From NCBI GenBank assembly GCA_937904375.1, contig CALDIG010000303.1:278-64277 (forward strand): a DNA stretch of 64,000 nt, given 5' to 3'. Source of the DNA: an uncultured Prevotellaceae bacterium (GTDB taxonomy: Bacteria; Bacteroidota; Bacteroidia; Bacteroidales; Muribaculaceae). Made by a program: the position numbers and the translations under genes. How positions within the stretch are numbered: the first letter of the stretch is position 1; each line of letters starts with the position of its first letter. The notes under the pieces were generated by a model. It was given only the letters and a program-made list of their open reading frames with translations, was not told where the DNA came from and did not search any database. This document shows positions 21,101 through 29,221 of this stretch, one piece after another.

Positions 21101-23892
21101 ATAATCAAGTTATACCTCCTAGTTTCATTGATGCTTCTGATTTTCATGAGGGATTAGCTGCTGTTCATGACGATAAAGGATGGAGGTATATCAACTCAAA
21201 AGGAGAAACTATTATTGAAGGGCATTTTATTTCAGCGGAGAGTTTTAATAATAACCAAGCTGTTATCACATTAGAATCAGATGACAAGAAGCTAAAATAT
21301 GCCATATCAAAAACTGGGCACTTTATTATTAATAGCAAAATTTGCCCTTCATTGAAAACTTCTGATATTTATTTTATTGGTGAATATAAAGAAAATGTAG
21401 CAAAAATTCATACTAAAAACGGATGGGGGTTTATTTCTAGAGACGGAGATATTCTATTTGATGATTTTGCATTTGAAGTTAGTGACCTAAATAACGGAGA
21501 ATTCCAATCAGGCCATGGTTCGTTATTTTGCAAACCTTCATATAATCTCAATAAAAATGCTATTATTTACAGTAAAGGTGAGATTATTGTGTTCCCATCT
21601 TTATTTAAAACAGCCATGCAATCTGGTGATTCATTTTTCTTAGTCACTAATGGTTTTGGTGGCATAGGAGAATCGGCAATAGTAGATAGGCAATTCAGAA
21701 TAATAGTTCCCTTTACTTGTGATGAAATCCATCACGAAGTGCTTAATGAGAATAGTAACGAGTATGAAAAACTTGATTATTTTCTTTGTACAGATAGATA
21801 TGACAGCAAATGCGGAAGGTATTATGATGCAGAGGGTGATTATGTGATACCTGTGAATAACAGACTTATTAAGACAAAACAAAGCTATGTCTTTAAAGGA
21901 TACTTTTCAGAAGGACTGGGAGCTGTGCTCAAAAACGACCTATGGGGGTTCATAGATGAAACTGGGGATGAAGTGATTCCATGTATATATAATAATGTTG
22001 AGGATTTTAAAGATGGTTTATGCCATGTGACTATCAATAAAACAAAAGGTGTAATAAACAAACAAGGAGATTTTGTAGTTTTACCTGGCGACTATTATTC
22101 TATTGACTGCTATTCTTATAACAAGAAAGCAATACTTACTCATCGTACTTTCGGAGAATGGAAAACTTATGATAATGGTTATGACATAGAAGACCGTTGG
22201 GTAGGAGAAAAACGTGAGATAAACAAAAACAATGAAATACTCATTAAAATGTATAATGAGTTTATTTGTATTCCAAAGGAATATGACTGGTGCGACGACT
22301 GTTTTTCGAATGGTTTTATATCTGTTTACAAAGATGGGAAATGGGGAGTTTTAAATAGTAATCTTGAATTAGTCATTGATTGTTTATATGATGAAAGGAT
22401 TATTTTCGAAGGAGGATTAGCTATAACAAGAAAGGGAAATACTAAGTGTGTAATTAATCCATTGGGTGAAATTGTATTATCTGGTGATTATGAAAAAATC
22501 AAATGCTATCCTTCATTTAATATTATCATTTGTTATTATACAAACAAAAATATTGATGTATTCTCTTGTTTTGGAAGATTGATTCTTTCTGCAGACAGTT
22601 CTATATTTGATGTTAAGAATTCAAACTCAAATGAAAATATGTCATTGGAACTAGTTCCTATTGATAATAATTTTCTTAAATTTGCTTTGCCTATAAAAGA
22701 CAGATATAATAGATTGGATTATAAGTGGGGTCTTTGTGATATGAATGGCAAAATAATAATTGATAACAAATATCAAGACATAACATATGGAGGAACAGGA
22801 CTATTTGCAGTAGCCATATATAAGTATCGTCCAAATCTTTTATGGGGATACATTGACTTTAAAGATAATATAATAATTGATTTTAAATATATAAAAGTTA
22901 CCCCATTTATTAGTGGTTTAGCAAAAGTCAAAAAAGAAAAATCTAAATGGGGTTTGATTGGTATTAATGGGAAAGAACTTACAAACTTTTCCTATGATAG
23001 ATTATTGGATACTGAAGATGGAATGATTACAGCGATTGTTCATGATTCCAGTGGAATTCATGAGAATAAGATTAATAAAGATGGGGACATTCAATTTGAT
23101 TATTCAGAATACGAAGGGATAGGTTCAAATGGCTATTATATAAATTATTCAACTTGTCTAAATAATTATGATTGGGTTAGCGAAATTATCCAAGGACACT
23201 GCATTGTTTCAAAAGGAGATTTAAAGGGTATCATAGACAAGTCCGGTATCATCACTTTCCCTCTTACCAAGTTTATAGGGGTGAGATTATGTATTGATTA
23301 TGATAATAATCATATAGGTAATTTAGTTTTCAAAAAAGGCAATAAAATTAAGGAAATCAATGGTAATGGTCAGATAGAATCATTCATTAATGATAAAAAA
23401 GTATATTTACCTGTTGGTGTTTTTTGGTGTGATGAATGGATTGATGGGTGTTTAATAGTTGAAAATAATCACAGATTTGGGCTTCTTGATTCTGAATTAA
23501 AATTTGTTCTAGAAATGTCTTTCTTTCATATTCAACATATAGGTGACAACAAAGTTTTCTGTATAAAATTAGAAAACAAAACAAGGACTTATCATATTTA
23601 TGATGTAAATGAAAAGAAAATGATTGACTTAGATTATCATTCCTGTTCAGATTTTGAAAACGGATATTCTATCGTCTCTATTTTAGAAGAAGACAAATTA
23701 TTATATGGAGTTATCGATAGTTGTAACATAATTATTGTCCCATGCGTATATGACAATATTTTATTAATAAAAGATGAAATTGTTTTTAAGAAAAACTATA
23801 ATTTCTACGATGACTACGAATCCTATTCAAGATATGATTCACTTATGGATGCATTAGATGGAGAGCCAGATGCTTATTGGAATATTTTTTAA
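18127..23892 (+). CDS. Giant WG-repeat (KWG-type) protein, ~1920 aa
   Basis: Many KWG/YGFI/FSEGLA repeats; strongly AT-rich; start may be 18085 or 18127. Confidence 0.88.
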   Translation: MLIRIKKNNKWGYYNTENGNYIPCEYASASKFINDAAIVSKDDKYGIIDTSGNQLVPIRFTEITLEENGLYKVYKNHFFCYYNSLGEIVNTIGHPLDSSIQQFSLAQEIAKDIFQVMTEDENYCIVNGQKTIIKKDFYEEVSFCSDKLIQLGNTLYDLSGNTIISSIWQVTIVTQQYFIVSAGNWNDKRYGIIDKQGSILLQLNYSKIEYQKGNIFILTFKTITGENKILSFDAGKQTFLIEDNNETIEVPNIVDWCDSFSNGFAIVSKNNLYGYINRDNIICIDCCFNQAKRHNGNNGVVEKDSKWFLTDNKGYIISEGYDSIDEANNNYYIVRNRSNFGLVNSTGSIVINTKYSGIKVLADDLFEVSTLESDAIGLLDSQNRFIIYSNNKEIHLPPKYEWVDNFSEGLARVKDLNGYYGFIDSTGKEIIECKHIGVVSSFKNGIFTKTHTVVDHDTNRAFWIPRPKINLSSCINKDDEFVVKEYNQFVTIKGDFQFVSDLNDGSAFFYDGKHFGIVNDCGEILNEPIYDSILYLDYGYYKVKKNKLWGIVSSKGDCISECKYVDIKLEGQFFKVKSQYNDNYFNINTCGFIVTKDDKCDIFLPQIYDYVCNFKDGFAKIQIEKNWGVINRLGELVVPCIYSSIGSIYNNHFFCTKDNKQYLVSSKGEEIALSDCTEATYYNDDCIVVGKTFPNKDHNNYHIINKKGEYIAACYCKSIGPFVDGVAITEDGYNYNYKLGAINERGETIIENKCISLIYNSYNKTFNVVFDDSPIINGRREHLIININKEIVVFNGDKSYIIPSVYKIGRNFHDGLAAVAIEKEKHQDNNSLLYRNPYFFRDKKKNEVKYAYGFININSKLVIECKFDYATDFKDKVSIVSIEGKKGIIDLNGNFIIEPIYEDIEFTSTNLYRVKENEKWGIIDINSSYVIPADYLAMGNISEGLVAVKRLTTDSTNNHKKRRKGVYFDERYRENIRRKARESLWEYIDLNNNQVIPPSFIDASDFHEGLAAVHDDKGWRYINSKGETIIEGHFISAESFNNNQAVITLESDDKKLKYAISKTGHFIINSKICPSLKTSDIYFIGEYKENVAKIHTKNGWGFISRDGDILFDDFAFEVSDLNNGEFQSGHGSLFCKPSYNLNKNAIIYSKGEIIVFPSLFKTAMQSGDSFFLVTNGFGGIGESAIVDRQFRIIVPFTCDEIHHEVLNENSNEYEKLDYFLCTDRYDSKCGRYYDAEGDYVIPVNNRLIKTKQSYVFKGYFSEGLGAVLKNDLWGFIDETGDEVIPCIYNNVEDFKDGLCHVTINKTKGVINKQGDFVVLPGDYYSIDCYSYNKKAILTHRTFGEWKTYDNGYDIEDRWVGEKREINKNNEILIKMYNEFICIPKEYDWCDDCFSNGFISVYKDGKWGVLNSNLELVIDCLYDERIIFEGGLAITRKGNTKCVINPLGEIVLSGDYEKIKCYPSFNIIICYYTNKNIDVFSCFGRLILSADSSIFDVKNSNSNENMSLELVPIDNNFLKFALPIKDRYNRLDYKWGLCDMNGKIIIDNKYQDITYGGTGLFAVAIYKYRPNLLWGYIDFKDNIIIDFKYIKVTPFISGLAKVKKEKSKWGLIGINGKELTNFSYDRLLDTEDGMITAIVHDSSGIHENKINKDGDIQFDYSEYEGIGSNGYYINYSTCLNNYDWVSEIIQGHCIVSKGDLKGIIDKSGIITFPLTKFIGVRLCIDYDNNHIGNLVFKKGNKIKEINGNGQIESFINDKKVYLPVGVFWCDEWIDGCLIVENNHRFGLLDSELKFVLEMSFFHIQHIGDNKVFCIKLENKTRTYHIYDVNEKKMIDLDYHSCSDFENGYSIVSILEEDKLLYGVIDSCNIIIVPCVYDNILLIKDEIVFKKNYNFYDDYESYSRYDSLMDALDGEPDAYWNIF

Positions 23893-23973
23893 TCATTATA
23901 GTAGATTCTTTTAAATGAATAAATAAAAAGTACTTAAAGGAATTGAAATACTTGGTGTCATATATAATCGTTT

Positions 23974-25515
23974 TTACAAATTAAAGTAGTTGCTGCGGTC
24001 GAGGTTGCGGTAGCCGATGGCTTCCATGATGTGGGGCTGGCGCACCTGGACGCAGCCCTCTAGGTCGGCGATGGTGCGGGCGACTTTTAGGATGCGGTCA
24101 TAGGCTCGGGCGCTCATGTTCATCTTGGTGATGGCCTCGCGGAGTTTTTCCATTCCTTCAGCGTCGGGCTCGGCGTATTTGTGGAGCATGGCTGTGGTCA
24201 TCTGTGCGTTGCAGTGGATGCCGGGATGGTTCTTGTAGCGCAGACTCTGGATGGCGCGGGCCTGAATGACTCGTTTGCGGATTTCCTCGCTGGGTTCGCC
24301 CGGCGCTTTGCTCGACATCTGGTCGAAGTTCACTGGCTGCACCTCAACCTGCAGGTCAATTCTATCCAACAAAGGTCCACTTATTTTCCCCATATATTGA
24401 TGCCGCTGATGCGGTGTGCAGATGCACTGCTTGGTGGGGTGTCCGTAGTAGCCGCACGGACACGGATTCATCGAAGCCACAAGCATGAACGAGGCTGGAT
24501 AGTCGATGCTATACTTGGCGCGTGAGATCGAGATGTGGCGGTCCTCAAGCGGCTGCCGCATCACCTCTAAAACGCTGCGATTGAACTCTGGGAGCTCATC
24601 AAGAAAGAGCACACCATTATGCGCAAGTGATATTTCCCCGGGCGTGGGATAAGTGCCGCCACCCACCAGGGCAACTGGAGAAATAGTGTGGTGTGGTGCG
24701 CGGTAGGGACGAACTGAGAGTAGGGTAGTGCCTTGCGAGAGTTTGCCCGCCACACTGTGGATTTTTGTGGTTTCGAGTGCTTCGCCGAGGGTGAGTGGCG
24801 GCAGGATAGACGGCAGTCGCTTCGCCATCATCGACTTGCCACTGCCTGGCGAGCCAATGAGCATGATGTTGTGCCCACCAGCGCACGCCACCTCAAAGGC
24901 GCGCTTCACCATTTCCTGGCCTCTTACCTCGCTGAAGTCGTAGGGAAATGCGCTTTGTGCGCGAGCAAACTCGGCGCGCGTGTCAACCACCGTGGGTTCG
25001 AGAGTTAACTCATTTTTGAAAAACTGAATCACCTCGGTGATGCTATCCACGCCATATACGTTCAGATTGTTGACCACAGCCGCCTCGGTGGCGTTGTAGC
25101 GTGGCAAGATGAAACCGTCGAGCTGCATCTCGCGGGCAAGGATTGCCATGGGGAGAGCGCCTTTGATGGGTTTAACCGACCCGTCGAGCGAGAGTTCGCC
25201 CATAATCATATATTGCCCCAGTTTTTCAGCGCCAATTTTCTCGTCGCTGGCGAGAATGCCAATTGCAATGGGCAGGTCATAGGCGGAGCCTTCTTTCTTG
25301 ATGTCGGCGGGTGACATATTGATCACCACCGCCTTATGAGGGAATTTTATCCCCACGTTGGCAATGGCGCATTTCACTCGCTCAAAACTCTCTTTCACCG
25401 CCGCGTCGGGGAGTCCCACGAGCACATAGCCCGTACCCCAGTCCACCGAGACTTCAATCTCGACGGCGATGGCGTCAATTCCCTGCAGTGCGGCACCAAG
25501 TATTTTGTTTAGCAT
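23974..25515 (-). CDS. comM: YifB/ComM family Mg-chelatase-like AAA+ ATPase
   Basis: VGLPDAAVKES, DIKKEGSAYDLP, GSPGSGKSM, PGEISLAHNGVLFLDE, MNPCPCG, SARAYDRILKVARTIADL; likely start MLNKIL at 25515. Confidence 0.95.
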   Translation of the reverse strand: MLNKILGAALQGIDAIAVEIEVSVDWGTGYVLVGLPDAAVKESFERVKCAIANVGIKFPHKAVVINMSPADIKKEGSAYDLPIAIGILASDEKIGAEKLGQYMIMGELSLDGSVKPIKGALPMAILAREMQLDGFILPRYNATEAAVVNNLNVYGVDSITEVIQFFKNELTLEPTVVDTRAEFARAQSAFPYDFSEVRGQEMVKRAFEVACAGGHNIMLIGSPGSGKSMMAKRLPSILPPLTLGEALETTKIHSVAGKLSQGTTLLSVRPYRAPHHTISPVALVGGGTYPTPGEISLAHNGVLFLDELPEFNRSVLEVMRQPLEDRHISISRAKYSIDYPASFMLVASMNPCPCGYYGHPTKQCICTPHQRHQYMGKISGPLLDRIDLQVEVQPVNFDQMSSKAPGEPSEEIRKRVIQARAIQSLRYKNHPGIHCNAQMTTAMLHKYAEPDAEGMEKLREAITKMNMSARAYDRILKVARTIADLEGCVQVRQPHIMEAIGYRNLDRSNYFNL

Positions 25516-25532
25516 AGTTTTTAAGTTTACAA

Positions 25533-25660
25533 GGGGACAAGAGGACAAGAGGACAAGAAGACAAGAGGACAAGAGGACAAGAGGACAAGAGGACAAGAGA
25601 ACAAGAGGACAATCGAACAATCGAACAGTCGAGTAGCCGAATTATCGAAAAGCTGAACAA
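25533..25660. repeat. Octamer tandem repeat
   Basis: Ten GAGGACAA-type units followed by six degenerate TCGAACAA-type units. Confidence 0.9.
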
Positions 25661-26698
25661 TCAAGAAAGTTTTGTATATAAACTCTCTACCGTCTGTCGG
25701 GCTTTGATGGGGTCGTCGCCGCGGTATTGCTGGTTGCCTAGCGAGTCGGTGACGATGATGGTAGGCGTAGTGTTGACCTGCAGGCTCACAATCTCGCCGT
25801 TCATCATCGAGCCTGGCACCCAGTAGTGCTTCCAGGTGGTGGCATCCCGATGAGTAGTGTAGTGCCATCCCGTTGAATCGATATCGAGACTAATGTCCAT
25901 CACCTGCGCTTGTGAGGGCTCAATCATCTTTAACTCATCGAAAATCTTTTTGCGGTCATTCATGCCCAAATCCCTATCCCAGAAGACTATTATCGATGGC
26001 TTATCGCCCTTGATGTTTGCCACTTGGAAATCGCCCGAGCTTTGTTCGAAAATATTGAGCGAGGTAATTTTTGTTGCAGGTTTCTTGGCTCTTGCCTTGA
26101 GCAGGTTGTAGCTCTCCATGAGCGGCTCGGGTTTGGCTTTGTCATCGATCATAGCGAGAAGTTTGTCAATTGCCTTGTCATCGCTTGGACTGTAGTCGTT
26201 AAGCACAAGCACAGTAGAGACGATGCTCTTGGGATTGTCCTTTACATAGTTCTCGATGGCAGTGTTGAGAGCCTGGTTGTTGGCACTCTTATATTCCATT
26301 TTATGCTTGACGATAAATGCGTTGTATTGCTCTGCCATTTCTGAGCCTTTCACATCAAGCTCATATTGTTCAAGCACTTTGCCTTTCACTTCAAGTTTAT
26401 CTCCACCGGCGACAACAAGTTTGACAATGGGCACATTCATCTGGTTATATACTATGAGCAGCGACGGATTGGAGCACTTATCTTCAATCTCAAAGGCATT
26501 ATTCTGGCATTTCACCCATGAGTCAACAATTCCTCCGTCGGCACCACTATACACCACTCTCACCTGCTGAGCGCCAAGTCCTTGCAGCTCAACTTTCACC
26601 TTAAACGGCTTGTTCTCTTTTTTGCAACCGCACATAACAGCCACAACCACAGCCAAGCAGAGAATTATCAATGCGTAACTCTTATAGCTTCTTGTCAT
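25661..26698 (-). CDS. Lipoprotein, DUF4369-like N-terminus with thioredoxin-like C-terminus
   Basis: Lipobox VMCGC; ISLDID...WKHYW...TPTIIVTD..G; no CxxC motif. Confidence 0.7.
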   Translation of the reverse strand: MTRSYKSYALIILCLAVVVAVMCGCKKENKPFKVKVELQGLGAQQVRVVYSGADGGIVDSWVKCQNNAFEIEDKCSNPSLLIVYNQMNVPIVKLVVAGGDKLEVKGKVLEQYELDVKGSEMAEQYNAFIVKHKMEYKSANNQALNTAIENYVKDNPKSIVSTVLVLNDYSPSDDKAIDKLLAMIDDKAKPEPLMESYNLLKARAKKPATKITSLNIFEQSSGDFQVANIKGDKPSIIVFWDRDLGMNDRKKIFDELKMIEPSQAQVMDISLDIDSTGWHYTTHRDATTWKHYWVPGSMMNGEIVSLQVNTTPTIIVTDSLGNQQYRGDDPIKARQTVESLYTKLS

Positions 26699-26765
26699 AA
26701 AAGAAATAATTTAAATAATTCAAGTTGCGCAAGTTTTTAACTTGCTCAAAGTTTAATGTTTAGAT

Positions 26766-26819
26766 AAAATGCTCTCGCTCGCAAGGCTTTGAGTAAGCTC
26801 AAGCTTTATCTCGCTTAAT
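26766..26819 (+). repeat. Dispersed intergenic palindromic repeat, copy 2
   Basis: Similar to 2709-2771. Confidence 0.78.
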
Positions 26820-26826
26820 ATGTAAC

Positions 26827-28893
26827 TTATCCCACCTGCACGCCAGGTCGCACTTCTCCGTGGGGACCTATTACCACAAGACGGCCGTCGGTGTCCTCGG
26901 CACTGAGAATCATGCCTTGCGACTCAATGCCCTTGAGGGTGCGGGGGGCGAAGTTGGCGATGAAGCACACTTCCTTGCCTACGAGGTCCTCGGGGTTGTA
27001 GAACTTGGCTATGCCCGAGACGATGGTGCGCCCATTCATGCCATCGTCGATGGTGAGTTTAAGCAGTTTGTCAGCCTTCTTCACCTTCTCGCATGCGAGC
27101 ACTTTGCCCACGCGAATGTCAAGCTTCTGGAAGTCGTCGAACGACACGGTTGGCGCCACTGCCTTAGGCGTGAAGTTCTTGAGAGTGTTCTCCTGCTTGA
27201 TGCGCTCAAGGCGGTCGGTCTGAACCTTTATGGTCTCGTCATCGATTTTCTCGAAGAGCAGCACTGGAGTCTCCACACGGTCGCCAGCGTTGAGAATGTC
27301 GGTTGAGCCGAGCTTGTTCCAGTCGGCACTGTCGAGGTTTATCATCTTGCGCAGTTTCTCGGCACTGAAGGGCAAGAATGGCTCGAAGGCGATGGCGAGG
27401 TTGGCGGTGATTTGCAGCGCTAGGTTCATGATTGTCTCCACGCGTGCCATATCGGTCTTGGCGAGTTTCCAAGGCTCGGTGTCGGCAAGATACTTATTGC
27501 CAATGCGGGCAAGCTTCATCGCCTCGGCGAGAGCGGCACGGAAGTGGAAGGTGTCAAGAGCCTTTCCAAGCTCCTCTTTCACGCCCTTAAACTCCTCGAT
27601 GGTGGCGCGGTCATAGTCAGTGAGCTCATGCGCCTCGGGAATCACACCATCGAAGTACTTGTTGGTAAGCACAATAGCACGGTTCACGAAGTTGCCTAAG
27701 ATAGCCACCAGCTCGTTGTTGTTGCGGTCTTGGAAGTCCTTCCAAGTGAAGTCGTTGTCTTTTGTCTCGGGAGCGTTGGCGGTGAGCACATAGCGCAGCA
27801 CATCTTGCTTGCCGGGGAAGTCCTCAAGATACTCATGCAGCCACACTGCCCAGTTGCGACTGGTAGAAATCTTGTCGCCCTCAAGGTTGAGGAACTCATT
27901 GGCCGGCACATTGTCGGGCATGATATACTGTCCGTGAGCATGCATCATGGTTGGGAATATGATGCAGTGGAACACAATGTTGTCCTTGCCAATGAAGTGG
28001 ATGAGGCGGGTATCCTCGTCCTGCCACCACTGCTGCCAAGTGCCCCAGCGCTCGGGATGAGCATCACACAGTTCTTTGGTGTTGCTGATGTAACCAATTG
28101 GAGCATCAAACCACACATACAGCACTTTGCCCTCGGCACCCTCCACGGGCACGGGAATGCCCCAGTCAAGGTCGCGTGTCATGGCACGTGGCTCAAGGTC
28201 CATGTCGAGCCATGACTTGCATTGCCCATAGACGTTGGTCTTCCACTCTTTGTGACCCTCAAGAATCCATTGCTTGAGCCACTCTTGATACTCATTCAGA
28301 GGCAGATACCAGTTGGTGGAGTCACGCAGCACAGGCACGGCGCCGCTTTCCTTGGCGCGCGGGTTAATGAGCTGTGTGGGCTCCAGGCTGCGCTGGCAGC
28401 CGTCTTCGCATTGGTTTCCATAGGCGCGAGGATGATGACAGTAGGGACATTCACCCACCACGTCGCGGTCGGTGAGGAAGCGATGCTCGGCTTCGTCGTA
28501 GAATTGCTTCGTGGTCTTTTCCACCAGTTTGCCTTCGTCATAGAGTTTGCGGAAGAAGTCGGCGGCAAACTGATGATGAATCTTCGAGGTGGTGCGGCTG
28601 TAAATGTCGTAGGAGATACCAAATTTCTGGAATGAGTCCTTGATGAGCTCATGGTAGCGGTCAACAACCTGCTGGGTGGTAATGCCCTCTTTGCGGGCGC
28701 GTTGGGTTACTGGCACGCCATGTTCGTCGCTGCCGCCTACCATCATCACTTCCTCGCCCTTGAGGCGCAGGTAGCGCACATAGATGTCGGCAGGCACATA
28801 CACTCCAGCAAGGTGACCAATGTGTACAGGACCATTAGCGTAGGGCAACGCCGTTGTCACCAGAGTGCGTGAATATTTCTTCTGTTCTTCCAT
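26827..28893 (-). CDS. metG: Methionine--tRNA ligase
   Basis: [26 protein letters not shown]-terminal tRNA-binding domain. Confidence 0.98.
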   Translation of the reverse strand: MEEQKKYSRTLVTTALPYANGPVHIGHLAGVYVPADIYVRYLRLKGEEVMMVGGSDEHGVPVTQRARKEGITTQQVVDRYHELIKDSFQKFGISYDIYSRTTSKIHHQFAADFFRKLYDEGKLVEKTTKQFYDEAEHRFLTDRDVVGECPYCHHPRAYGNQCEDGCQRSLEPTQLINPRAKESGAVPVLRDSTNWYLPLNEYQEWLKQWILEGHKEWKTNVYGQCKSWLDMDLEPRAMTRDLDWGIPVPVEGAEGKVLYVWFDAPIGYISNTKELCDAHPERWGTWQQWWQDEDTRLIHFIGKDNIVFHCIIFPTMMHAHGQYIMPDNVPANEFLNLEGDKISTSRNWAVWLHEYLEDFPGKQDVLRYVLTANAPETKDNDFTWKDFQDRNNNELVAILGNFVNRAIVLTNKYFDGVIPEAHELTDYDRATIEEFKGVKEELGKALDTFHFRAALAEAMKLARIGNKYLADTEPWKLAKTDMARVETIMNLALQITANLAIAFEPFLPFSAEKLRKMINLDSADWNKLGSTDILNAGDRVETPVLLFEKIDDETIKVQTDRLERIKQENTLKNFTPKAVAPTVSFDDFQKLDIRVGKVLACEKVKKADKLLKLTIDDGMNGRTIVSGIAKFYNPEDLVGKEVCFIANFAPRTLKGIESQGMILSAEDTDGRLVVIGPHGEVRPGVQVG

Positions 28894-29175
28894 ATTTTTA
28901 TAATTTTTTTATGTAATTTTTTGCAAAGATACTGCAAGCCGAGAGAAAAAACAAACTTGTTTTAGTTTTTCATAGCCTTTTTTCCAAGGCGAAGCCCATC
29001 TAAGACTTGAGTCTAAAAAGCTGGGTGCTTCGCAAAAAATTATTCTGAAAACTCAATAGTCGCTGAATGTTTCCTCAAAATTAGCTGATGAAGAAAAAAG
29101 AACCTTCCCTTTTTCTTCAAAATCGTGTGAATATTTTAGCGAGTCGCCAAGATGGTCTTGACAACTCGCTATTAT

Positions 29176-29220
29176 CTATGAACTATGAACTGTGAACTAT
29201 GAACTGTGAACTATGAACTA
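29176..29220. repeat. Heptamer tandem repeat CTRTGAA x6
   Basis: Read directly; lies between the stop codon and a terminator-like hairpin at 29137-29171. Confidence 0.85.
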
Positions 29221-29221
29221 T

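Noticed and set aside
25516..25620. N-terminal extension of ComM (SSCPLVLL repeats) in the ORF track
   Set aside because: It is translation of the octamer repeat; family homology begins at MLNKIL (25515).
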